Of a stretch of 64,000 nucleotides of DNA, positions 9,716-18,570 are shown piece by piece. Position 1 is the first letter of the stretch; each line of letters opens with the position of its first letter. The translations under genes were made by a program, and so were the position numbers. The notes beneath the pieces are model-generated. The model was not told the origin of the DNA. It did no database searches and was given only the letters and a program-made list of their open reading frames with translations. The DNA comes from Desulfurococcales archaeon (lineage in GTDB: Archaea > Thermoproteota > Thermoprotei_A > Sulfolobales > Desulfurococcaceae), in the NCBI GenBank assembly GCA_027022365.1, contig JALVYU010000031.1, forward strand, positions 256,001-320,000, in the 5' to 3' direction.

Positions 9716-10699
9716 ATGACACTGATAAGGTTCTTTCTAGGAAAGGGTGGTGTTGGAAAGACTACTTCTGCGGCCGCCTATAGTGTAAACAAGGCTTTAC
9801 AGGGTAAACGTGTACTCGTTGTAAGCCTAGATCCTGCGCATAACCTTGGAGATGTGTTTGATACTGAGCTTGGTGATGACCCGGTTAAACTAATGGATAA
9901 CCTCGTGGCGATCGAAGTAGACTATGATAAGATGATCAAGAAGCACCTAAAGGAGCTTACCGAGAAGATCAAGGACATCTATGGCTACCTGAAAATATTT
10001 AATCTAGACAAGTATGTCGACGTCCTCAAGCACAGCCCGGGAGTCGAGGAGCAGGCTAGCCTTGAGAAGATAATAGAGATAGTCAGAAAGTATGGAGTAG
10101 GCGACAAGGCATTCGATATAATAGTATTCGATACACCGCCAACCGGGTTAACGCTCCGAATAATGGCCCTACCAACTATAAGTCTTATATGGATCGAAAG
10201 ACTCATCAAACTAAGACTAGCTATACTCGAGAGAAGAAAAACTATATCCAGCATAACGGGTGAGCGGTTCGAAATAGAGATCGCTGGGAGGAAGTTCAAG
10301 GTACCAATAAGTGTTAAGGAGGATCCCATATTTAAGGAGCTCATGAAACTTAAAGACGAGTACAATTGGATAAACAAGCGCCTAACCGACCCTAACACGA
10401 CAGCTGCGATCATGGTGATAAATCCTGAAACACTGCCTGTTCTCGAGGCATACAGAGCGGTAAACTTCCTCAAAAAAATAAACGTACCCGTAACCCACCT
10501 GATCGTGAACAAGGTATTAGAGCTAGATACAGTACCCGAACGATTACGGCCGCGGATAGAAGAGCAGGAGATAGCACTAGCCCTTGCCAGGGAGAAGCTT
10601 CCGGGACTAGAAATGATAAAGATACCCTATCTGGAGAGAGAGCCGAGAGGCCTCCAGATGCTGAAAAGAGTGGCGGAGTACTTATCACCTATACCGTGA
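9716..10699 (+). CDS. ArsA/Get3-family ATPase (single domain)
   Basis: GKGGVGKTT deviant Walker A, SLDPAHNLGD, PGVEE, FDTPPTG, IVNKV; contains no Cys. Confidence 0.9.
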   Translation: MTLIRFFLGKGGVGKTTSAAAYSVNKALQGKRVLVVSLDPAHNLGDVFDTELGDDPVKLMDNLVAIEVDYDKMIKKHLKELTEKIKDIYGYLKIFNLDKYVDVLKHSPGVEEQASLEKIIEIVRKYGVGDKAFDIIVFDTPPTGLTLRIMALPTISLIWIERLIKLRLAILERRKTISSITGERFEIEIAGRKFKVPISVKEDPIFKELMKLKDEYNWINKRLTDPNTTAAIMVINPETLPVLEAYRAVNFLKKINVPVTHLIVNKVLELDTVPERLRPRIEEQEIALALAREKLPGLEMIKIPYLEREPRGLQMLKRVAEYLSPIP

Positions 10700-10726
10700 G
10701 AATATTTTTGTCTGGGTGTACATTCA

Positions 10727-11383
10727 TTGGATCCACTTATAGCGATCTTTGTAGTAGTCATATTGCTCGCAGGAGTCTCCGTGGTATGGTTCTATAGGAA
10801 GAGAAAAGTAAACCTCATGATCCTTGAGAAATCAATTAGGATCCTCGAGAAAGTCTACCAGCCCTACGATAAGAAATACACCGTGATAGGGATCTATGTA
10901 GGCTATTCCGCACTGTACAAGGTTTTGAAGAAAGCCTTGAAAACAATAGAGGTAGTCACTCTTCTCCTGCCTCGCCAAAGCCTCATGTATCTCCCTGTAG
11001 CTAAGCTGACATCGAGGTTCGACAAGATCTTCATAATCTATCACTATGACAAAGAGACGCATTTCCCGGGCGAAGCCCACCTTGTCAGGAAAGGATACTA
11101 TAGGCTCGGGATAAAGAGGGCGATACACGGCATAGAGAAGATGCATGTGGAGAAGACGAGAATAGGCGGTAAAGAATACTACATGGTGTACAACAACAGG
11201 AGAGTAGCGGAGAAACTATTGTCAATGATCCAGAACCTCAAGAACCCGCTACTCATACAGCATGCCGCCGTGGTGCCCAAACTGCACAGGCTCTACATAG
11301 CCGCTAAACTAGATATAAGATACCTAGAAGATCTCGCCTCGAAAACATATGTCTTCGCCCAGGAAATGGTGAGTGGACAATGA
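10727..11383 (+). CDS. Hypothetical protein with N-terminal membrane anchor
   Basis: One N-terminal hydrophobic helix followed by RKRK, then a basic soluble domain; GGGTG SD. Confidence 0.75.
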   Translation: MDPLIAIFVVVILLAGVSVVWFYRKRKVNLMILEKSIRILEKVYQPYDKKYTVIGIYVGYSALYKVLKKALKTIEVVTLLLPRQSLMYLPVAKLTSRFDKIFIIYHYDKETHFPGEAHLVRKGYYRLGIKRAIHGIEKMHVEKTRIGGKEYYMVYNNRRVAEKLLSMIQNLKNPLLIQHAAVVPKLHRLYIAAKLDIRYLEDLASKTYVFAQEMVSGQ

Positions 11384-12216
11384 GTGGGCTGGAGAGACTA
11401 TACAGGGTTTTCAAGTGGGTCGAAGATATAGACACGCCCGAGGGCCGGAAGAGGCTTCAAGAATCAATAGGTAATATTGGTAAAGCAATAGATCATCCCA
11501 GCATAAAGGATCTACTTGCCAGGAAGGACAAGATCACTATAATCGATGTATGTAGTGGTAAAGGAATAGGCTTCATAGCACTGGCAAAAGCTATTCTCCA
11601 GAAACATGATGTAAAAATTGAGATAATAGCAGTTGACCTCAGGCAGTCAGCCCTTGAAAAAGCAGAGGAGTACGCTGAGAAGGAGCTGGGGATAAAGATC
11701 AAGACATTCGTCTATGATGCGACCAGGCTATGGGAGCTGGGAGTTTCTGCTGACATAGGGTTGCTTTACGGCTTCTCAACTCCTCATTTCAACCCATATG
11801 ATATGGTTAAGCTCGCCGCAAGTATGGCGAGTATTCTCGGCCCAGAAGGAGCCTTCTTGGTGGAAGAAGCTGATAGGGTATATAGTATTTGTCAAAGGAC
11901 CGGCTATAAGGACGTTATCCCGGACTATGTCGATGAAGACAGAGTGATATTATCGATAGAAGCGGGTAGAGAACCACTAAAGGGCGTAAACCGGAGATTA
12001 ATAATAGACTTGATAACGGGGAATCGTGTAATGAGCGAGTTTAGGTTGTGGGATATCGCTGGAACAGCCTCTATTCTCTGGTGCTTCTTCAGGCATGTGG
12101 ACTTCATTAAATACAGGCATCCATATTCTGGTCTTCTAGTAGCATGGAAGCCGAGAGGAATAGAGCCTATGCAGTACGCCGAGTATCCGGAGATAATATC
12201 AGGGAGGAATCGTTGA
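11380..12216 (+). CDS. Class I SAM-dependent methyltransferase
   Basis: IIDVCSGKGIG motif I, AVDL, YDA; ATGA overlap. Confidence 0.8.
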   Translation: MSGLERLYRVFKWVEDIDTPEGRKRLQESIGNIGKAIDHPSIKDLLARKDKITIIDVCSGKGIGFIALAKAILQKHDVKIEIIAVDLRQSALEKAEEYAEKELGIKIKTFVYDATRLWELGVSADIGLLYGFSTPHFNPYDMVKLAASMASILGPEGAFLVEEADRVYSICQRTGYKDVIPDYVDEDRVILSIEAGREPLKGVNRRLIIDLITGNRVMSEFRLWDIAGTASILWCFFRHVDFIKYRHPYSGLLVAWKPRGIEPMQYAEYPEIISGRNR

Positions 12217-12285
12217 CAGGTTAATGTTATGAATTCCGGGATCAATGTAAAAACAGAACATTATTGGAATTGTAAAGAAATAATG

Positions 12286-14091
12286 CTATGTTGTAACAGC
12301 CTTTGCCAGCCCTGGAGGCGTATCTATCGGCCTACCTAGCTTTACGCCTATCCTGTATGCGAGGAGCTGTAGTGGGATAATGTTCGCTATTGGGGCCAAG
12401 TATTTGATTGTAGGCACTGTACGGACTATATTCTCTCCTTCATCATCCATAGATACGACGAGAAGGTTTGCATCCTTACTCTTTATTTCTCTGACAACCT
12501 TATCATATAGCTCGAGGGCCTGCTCCTCGTATGGCTTTATCAATATAACAGGGAATCCTGGCCTGACGAGCACCATTGGGCCATGCCTTAGCTCGCCCAG
12601 TTGTACTCCCTCACTATGGAGTATAGCGGCTTCCTTCAGCTTGAGCGCTGCCTCCAGTGCTACCGGGTAGTTTATACCGCTACTACTCACGTAGATGTTA
12701 TCCCAATTATTATGAACATCAACGATCCTTGTGACATCTCTATCAATTCTGGATAATTCGTGTTGTAGCCTCTTGGAGAGCTCCTCTATTTCCCCATAGA
12801 TCATTCTGACATCGCCTTGGCCTATCTGGCCTGTATGCACTCCTGTATACGCAGCTAGGATCAAGAGAGTTGCAACGGTTGATGTGAATGTCTTTGTTGC
12901 AGGCACAGCTATTTCGGGCCCCGCGCTTATCGGTAGGTAGACGTTGCTTTCAAGTGTGAGCCTTGAGCCAACCATATTTGTTACCCCGACGACCACGGCT
13001 CCTCTCTGTTTTGCTAGCTTGATGCTTCTTATGACATCGCTTGTCTCGCCGCTCTGGCTCACGGCAATTATGACTGTTCCTGTACCAACGTGTTCAAGGC
13101 CATAGTACGGGAACTCCGCCGCACTGACAACTTCTAGATCGATCTTTGCCAGGTCGGCGAAATAGTAGAGCGAGACCAGGCCGGCGTGAAGGCTTGTACC
13201 GTTCGCGATTACATATACGTTCTTGGCGCCCTGGATGATCATTGCGGCTAGTCTGAGATACTTGTCCATTAGGCCATTGATCGTCTGTCTTAATGCGTGT
13301 GGTATCTCGTATATTTCCTTCAACATGTAATGGGGATAGCCCGCCTTATCCCATAGTCCTGCAGGGTATTTGACCCTCTTTCTTATCAATTGTTTGACTT
13401 CGCCGCCTGTAAGGACATCGTAGACTTTGAATTCATCATGACTAATTACCCCGGCCATATTATCTCCCAGCACGGCAGCTTCTGTGGCGAATCCGTGGAG
13501 GCTTGGGATATCGCTGGATATGAAGAATCCCCTTTGCCCGATACCTATTACGAGGGGCTGACCATGTGTTAGTACATATAACCTGTTATCTCCTTGGAAT
13601 AGAACAGCGAAAGCATATACGCCGTCAATGGTTCTCCCTATACCGATAATATCTTCTATCTTATTTTCTTTCTCTGAGACTGACTCGAGAAGATGCGCGA
13701 GTACCTCTGCGTCTGTCGTGGATGAGAATCTATGTCCTTCCCTGATAAGATCGTCTCGGAGTACTTCATAGTCCTTAATGATGCCGTCCACCACGATAGC
13801 TAGGCTTTCCCTACAATCCTGTAGGGGATGTGTATTATTGTCTTTGGGCCATCCCCTGCTGGCGTATCTTGTATGAGCGATCGCTATCTTGGAGGAGATC
13901 TCCGTTATTCCGATATCCTTCCATATTTTTTCTATATGTCCTGCTTTCTTTCTAACTACGAGTTTACCCTCATCGTCGAGGTAAGCGTAACCGGCTCCAT
14001 CATATCCGCGATATATGAGTCTTCTAAGGCCCTCAAACAATATTTTGCCTGGTAACTTGTCTTTGGAAACAAAACCGAAAATGCCGCCCAT
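12286..14091 (-). CDS. glmS: GlmS-like protein (GATase-II plus two SIS domains) with Cys1 replaced by Gly
   Basis: MGGIFG start (ATG 14091 behind GGGGTG), YRGYDGAG, AHTRYAS, SQSGETSD, AGPEIAVPATKTF, EAALKLKE, GELRHGP, DTPPGLAKAVTT. Confidence 0.85.
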   Translation of the reverse strand: MGGIFGFVSKDKLPGKILFEGLRRLIYRGYDGAGYAYLDDEGKLVVRKKAGHIEKIWKDIGITEISSKIAIAHTRYASRGWPKDNNTHPLQDCRESLAIVVDGIIKDYEVLRDDLIREGHRFSSTTDAEVLAHLLESVSEKENKIEDIIGIGRTIDGVYAFAVLFQGDNRLYVLTHGQPLVIGIGQRGFFISSDIPSLHGFATEAAVLGDNMAGVISHDEFKVYDVLTGGEVKQLIRKRVKYPAGLWDKAGYPHYMLKEIYEIPHALRQTINGLMDKYLRLAAMIIQGAKNVYVIANGTSLHAGLVSLYYFADLAKIDLEVVSAAEFPYYGLEHVGTGTVIIAVSQSGETSDVIRSIKLAKQRGAVVVGVTNMVGSRLTLESNVYLPISAGPEIAVPATKTFTSTVATLLILAAYTGVHTGQIGQGDVRMIYGEIEELSKRLQHELSRIDRDVTRIVDVHNNWDNIYVSSSGINYPVALEAALKLKEAAILHSEGVQLGELRHGPMVLVRPGFPVILIKPYEEQALELYDKVVREIKSKDANLLVVSMDDEGENIVRTVPTIKYLAPIANIIPLQLLAYRIGVKLGRPIDTPPGLAKAVTT

Positions 14092-14369
14092 CAGGTACAC
14101 CCCGATTATCGTACAGATGATATACTAATATTTATGAGCTTGTTAAAAAATATCGTAATATTTTTTACACATTCTATTCTTGGTCTTTTACAATATCTAT
14201 TTGTATAAACACATATGTCCACATATATATGTATTTATCCGTTATATAAAGTATACTAGCAAATATATTTGATATATATGACATATTAGGTTAGTCTAAT
14301 CACTCAGTTATAATTGATCTACATAGTATTTCCTAAAGTTAAATTTTTATAAGAAAGTTTTTTATTGCA

Positions 14370-14419
14370 TTCGCACGGATTTTCTATATTAAATGATAAC
14401 TTTAAGGAAAATGTGCGAA
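14370..14419. promoter_or_regulatory. Long imperfect inverted repeat immediately upstream of amt
   Basis: Nested arms TTCGCAC/GTGCGAA, ATTTTCT/GGAAAAT and TTAAA/TTTAA. Confidence 0.4.
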
Positions 14420-14429
14420 GTGACCTATC

Positions 14430-15638
14430 TTGATGGACCCCATTAATACTGGAAATACTGCTTTCGTTCTCTTATCTGCCGCACTAGTAATGATAATGAC
14501 GCCCGGGCTAGGATTCTTCTACGGCGGACTTGTAGGCCGAAAGAATGCCCTGACAATACTGATGGAATCCTTCTTCTCGCTTGGATGGGTTACGATACTA
14601 TGGGTATTGTTCGGCTACTCGCTGTCTTTCGGGCCCGACATAGCGGGAGTTATTGGTGGCGCAAAGTATTTCTTTATGAACAATATCTTCGAGACGACGA
14701 GGATGGCCGCATTCCAGGGACCATTATACGCTTATGTTATGTTCCAGCTAATGTTCGCCGTAATAACGCCTGCGCTGATAACAGGTGCTTTCGCCAACAA
14801 GATGAAGTTCACGGCATGGATAGCCTTCCTGACACTATGGTCGTTCCTAGTATACTTCCCGGTCGCCCACTGGGTCTGGGGAGGAGGATTCCTGCAGAAA
14901 TGGGGCGTCGAGGACTTCGCAGGAGGTATCGTCGTACACGCTACAGCTGGCTTCTCAGCATTAGCGGCCGCGCTGTGGTTCGGTGTAAGTAGGGTTAAGA
15001 ACAGGCCTCACAACCTCATGTGGGTGGCCCTAGGAACAGCTCTTCTGTGGTTTGGATGGTTCGGCTTCAACGCTGGGAGTGCTCTACGCGCGGGTGGTGA
15101 TGCAGCAATAGCCTTCACGAACACGCAGATCGCCGCGGCATTCGCCGCCGTAACATGGGTATTCCTAGACGTCGCACGTGGAGGCAAGATATCGGCTTCA
15201 GGATTCTGCACAGGGGCCATCGCTGGTCTAGCGACTGTGACGCCGACAGCGGGCTTTATCATGCCTCAGGCCGCGATGATAGTAGGTATTGTCGCCGCCC
15301 TAGTCTGTTATGCAGCAGTAATGTATAAGAACAAGAAGGGATGGGACGACGTACTGGATGTCTGGGGAGTCCACGGCATAGGAGGCTACACGGGTATATT
15401 AATGCTGGGGCTATTCGGTACAAGCCAGGTGCTCGGAGAGAACGGCCTCTTCTACGGCAACCCTGTGTTCTTCCTCAAGGAATGGGCCGCGGTGACATTC
15501 GTATCTGCGTATAGCTTCGTGGTTACGTTGTTCATACTGTGGATAATATCGAGGTTTACTAGGGTCAAGGTTCCGGAGTCCGAAATGGAGTCAGGGCTGG
15601 ATGAAATAGAGCTCGGTGAAGTAGCTTATCCACAGTAG
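14430..15638 (+). CDS. amt: Ammonium transporter Amt
   Basis: MTPGLGFFYGG, FQLMFAVITPALI, DFAGGIVVH, LWFGWFGFNAGS, DDVLDVWGVHG (twin His present). Confidence 0.96.
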   Translation: MMDPINTGNTAFVLLSAALVMIMTPGLGFFYGGLVGRKNALTILMESFFSLGWVTILWVLFGYSLSFGPDIAGVIGGAKYFFMNNIFETTRMAAFQGPLYAYVMFQLMFAVITPALITGAFANKMKFTAWIAFLTLWSFLVYFPVAHWVWGGGFLQKWGVEDFAGGIVVHATAGFSALAAALWFGVSRVKNRPHNLMWVALGTALLWFGWFGFNAGSALRAGGDAAIAFTNTQIAAAFAAVTWVFLDVARGGKISASGFCTGAIAGLATVTPTAGFIMPQAAMIVGIVAALVCYAAVMYKNKKGWDDVLDVWGVHGIGGYTGILMLGLFGTSQVLGENGLFYGNPVFFLKEWAAVTFVSAYSFVVTLFILWIISRFTRVKVPESEMESGLDEIELGEVAYPQ

Positions 15639-15790
15639 CGGATTAATGTATCTATGAACCTCTATACGATAAACACATCATTTTTTCATTACTTTCATAT
15701 CATCAGCTGAGTCGTGATTCGGGGAAATGATTAAATTCTCGACATACCAGATAATCAATAGAAGATCTATAGATATAATGATGATCAGTC

Positions 15791-16258
15791 TTGAGCATTA
15801 AGAAGCTGATCCACTACATGGTTGAATATGGTAGAATGCTTATCCTGGCTGTCGATATAGTTATCATAACAGTTATGACTATACTCGTATGCTTAACAAC
15901 CGTGATTATTGTAAGGGATATTATGGGTGTATGGAATTATGAAGCGGTCAGCATAGGAGAGCTACAGATAACGGTTAACGATGTGTTTTTGCTCATAGTT
16001 TTCGCCGAGATTATTAGGAGCATCATAGTTGGTCGCCGTCAGCCCGAGATGTATCTTGTCGCTATAGCGGAAGTAGGTTTTGTAATCAGTATTAGAGAGG
16101 TTATAGCCTCTGTCGTGAGGGGTAGTAAGATCGATATACTCTACGCCTCTATCTCGAGCCTCATTCTAGCAATAGTCCTACTCCTCATGTACAGGTATGT
16201 ATTACCTCATAGGGGAAGCCTTAAAAGGACAAGTTCTACTCATTCCTCTCAGCACTGA
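15791..16258 (+). CDS. PsiE-like small membrane protein
   Basis: Four hydrophobic helices; FLLIVFAEIIRSI and SIREVI patterns. Confidence 0.6.
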   Translation: MSIKKLIHYMVEYGRMLILAVDIVIITVMTILVCLTTVIIVRDIMGVWNYEAVSIGELQITVNDVFLLIVFAEIIRSIIVGRRQPEMYLVAIAEVGFVISIREVIASVVRGSKIDILYASISSLILAIVLLLMYRYVLPHRGSLKRTSSTHSSQH

Positions 16259-17060
16259 TCTTTTTCCTCAGCAAAATCATGGTTATTGTTATCAGTACAA
16301 TAACCGTGATTACAACTGCAAGAGATTGTTGTCCAAGCAATTCTGGTTGAGACGAGGAAGACGTTGTTGTTATTGATTGTGTTGTGGATGTGTTCAGTAT
16401 AGGTGGAGGAGTTATTGTTGGTGTCGGTGTTGCGGTAGATGTAGTTATCGTCACGGGTGTGAACGATATGTTAACTGCTACGATCATTGATTTGGGAGGA
16501 ATCCCTTGTGAGAGCATTGCGCTTATCTCTCTTCCTGATAGACTTGAATTTGTTACATAGACAACGATCTTATTGAAGACAATCTTGGGTGCCGTAGATG
16601 TTCTGCCCGTGACATTACCGACTACAAGATGTAAAGTTGTTAGCGGGGGTAAGTATACCAAATCATGCTTCCCTGTTTTTCCACCAATATTATATAATAA
16701 AGTATTGTTTTCGAGAATGAGAATATATGCAGTAATATCTTCGCCGATACGGGCATCCCTTATAGGGCCTAGCCAGTGATTTTGATCGCCTGCCATAATG
16801 TAGATTTCAGGGTTTTTATCCGGTGCTTTGAGAATTATTAAACCATAAGCGTAAACACCATTATAAGTCAGGTAGATCGACGCGTAGCCGTAATCACCTA
16901 TATCTTTGACAGTGAATGCCACGGTCAATAATGTATTATTCCCGATAGTGCTTAGCCTTCTTGTCTCATTATAGAGCATACCATGTAGTAGAACATTGCA
17001 TCCAGTTGCAAAGATTAACGACGATAAAAGTATGATCGCTATAATTCTTCTAAGTATTAA
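16236..17060 (-). CDS. Secreted/surface protein with Thr/Pro/Ser linker and C-terminal TM anchor; apparent non-canonical start
   Basis: The frame extends upstream of ATG 16979 to LILRRIIAIILLSSLIFATGC (signal-peptide-like) behind GGAGGTGA. TITTSTATPTPTITPPP linker; hydrophobic tail followed by RKK. Confidence 0.7.
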   Translation of the reverse strand, partial: LILRRIIAIILLSSLIFATGCNVLLHGMLYNETRRLSTIGNNTLLTVAFTVKDIGDYGYASIYLTYNGVYAYGLIILKAPDKNPEIYIMAGDQNHWLGPIRDARIGEDITAYILILENNTLLYNIGGKTGKHDLVYLPPLTTLHLVVGNVTGRTSTAPKIVFNKIVVYVTNSSLSGREISAMLSQGIPPKSMIVAVNISFTPVTITTSTATPTPTITPPPILNTSTTQSITTTSSSSQPELLGQQSLAVVITVIVLITITMILLRKKISAERNE

Positions 17061-17171
17061 GTCGAATCACCTCCTTGGCCGTGGAAATATAGTATATGAA
17101 ATACGTTAATAACTAGTATCTGTTTCTAAGATGGATAACGTGGATGATGAACGGTTAGGAGATGTTAGATC

Positions 17172-17591
17172 ATGGGGTCTATACATGAATGGCTAGTACC
17201 AGCTATACTAACACTAGTGCTTTGGGGTTTATGGGGCTATATGTTGAAATTTGCTGGAACTAGGCTTGATTGGAGAGAAGTATACTTTATCAGTAGCTTG
17301 GCCAGCTTTACTTTGGCATTAATATTCTATCTGTACTCTAAGGGATTTAGTATTAGCCTAAACATCTACGCATTATACGCAGCGATCGCCGGCCTTATGG
17401 GAGGACTCGGATACCTGGCCTTCATGATAGCTATTAGCAAGGGGAAAGCCTCGATAATAATTCCTTTAACAGCACTATATCCAGCTATAACTGCTGTCCT
17501 CGCAGTGTTGTTCCTAGGAGAAAAGCTGAAGCCGACACAGCTCGCGGGAATAATAATGGCGCTCATAGCAGGTATACTCGTATCCCTCTAG
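17172..17591 (+). CDS. EamA/DMT-family small membrane transporter
   Basis: LWGLWG, A...GKASIIIPL..LYP...VLFLGEKL. Confidence 0.85.
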   Translation: MGSIHEWLVPAILTLVLWGLWGYMLKFAGTRLDWREVYFISSLASFTLALIFYLYSKGFSISLNIYALYAAIAGLMGGLGYLAFMIAISKGKASIIIPLTALYPAITAVLAVLFLGEKLKPTQLAGIIMALIAGILVSL

Positions 17592-17899
17592 GCATCGCCG
17601 CTCCATGCCGTAGCGGCTGCTACAGCGTCTATTAGGAAGTCTTTATTGTTGGAATAGTCTTCCTCGATGAGAGAGGCATAGGCTGTCTCGATGATCTTCT
17701 CGTACAGGTTTTCATCGATATCAACTTCTAATCCATTAACACTAACCTCCAGCTTAGCGCCAGGCTGGTAGACCTGGAGGATCCTAGGCTCTATGCCGTC
17801 TTTTCCTAGCTCTGATGCGGCAACCATGACAGCGTTTAGTACTATCGCGTCAATACTTGAGCCGTAAGTTATTGTGATGTTTACAACCGCTTTTGGCAT
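17588..17899 (-). CDS. Hypothetical acidic protein
   Basis: 103-aa ORF with GGTGGT SD; no family recognised. Confidence 0.6.
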   Translation of the reverse strand: MPKAVVNITITYGSSIDAIVLNAVMVAASELGKDGIEPRILQVYQPGAKLEVSVNGLEVDIDENLYEKIIETAYASLIEEDYSNNKDFLIDAVAAATAWSGDA

Positions 17900-17956
17900 T
17901 CCGCGACCACCACTGATCCGATGACATGTTATAGGGATAAAAGAGCGGGGAAGGTA

Positions 17957-17976
17957 TTGTTACCGCGTTGTTACCG
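17957..17976. repeat. Direct repeat TTGTTACCG x2 (11-bp period) in a divergent intergenic region
   Basis: Copies at 17957-17965 and 17968-17976. Confidence 0.55.
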
Positions 17977-18084
17977 GGAGATATAGGGTCTTATTACAGG
18001 GTTAACACGGTAGCCTCCCTATTATAAACCCGGGATAAGCCATTCGCTAGATAGAAGATGAAGATGAGAGGTGTGCTTTAGAGT

Positions 18085-18381
18085 ATGAATGTTCAAGCAA
18101 GAGTTTATGACCGTGCCCGTGAGATAAGCAATTTTATCTTATTAAAATATGTGCACGAACTAGAAGAAATAATGGCTAGAGAAGCCAGGCTGGTTTCAAA
18201 GCAGAGCCTTTCCCCGGAGGATAAGGTCGAGCTGGCTGGTATTAGGGCTTTGAAGAAGGTTATAGCTGAGGAGCTCGGAATACCGATCAAGGAGTTCAAC
18301 CCTGAGGAGGAGAAGATCGCACAATCAATACTGAGCATTATGGATATATTCAAGGACGAGGAAGTAGCGCTTGAGGCTTAA
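18085..18381 (+). CDS. Hypothetical helical protein
   Basis: 98-aa Glu-rich ORF; GAGGTG SD; TATA-like TTATAAA upstream. Confidence 0.65.
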   Translation: MNVQARVYDRAREISNFILLKYVHELEEIMAREARLVSKQSLSPEDKVELAGIRALKKVIAEELGIPIKEFNPEEEKIAQSILSIMDIFKDEEVALEA

Positions 18382-18570
18382 CCCCAAATATACTCGAGCA
18401 CCCGGGAACCCCTATTTCGCCCTAAACGTCTTAAACATTTTTCTAATATAGTTCTTTGCCTAGCCCCTTGAACCCCTTACCAATATTCTATACAATTCTT
18501 TAAGGTAAATAATATATAAACAACTATTATCAAAACCTTCTTAGACGTACAATAGTGTGGATGATATGCG

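Noticed and set aside
9716-10699. Arsenic-resistance operon
   Set aside because: The ATPase has no cysteines and there are no arsB, acr3, arsC, arsR or arsD neighbours; the context is cstA.
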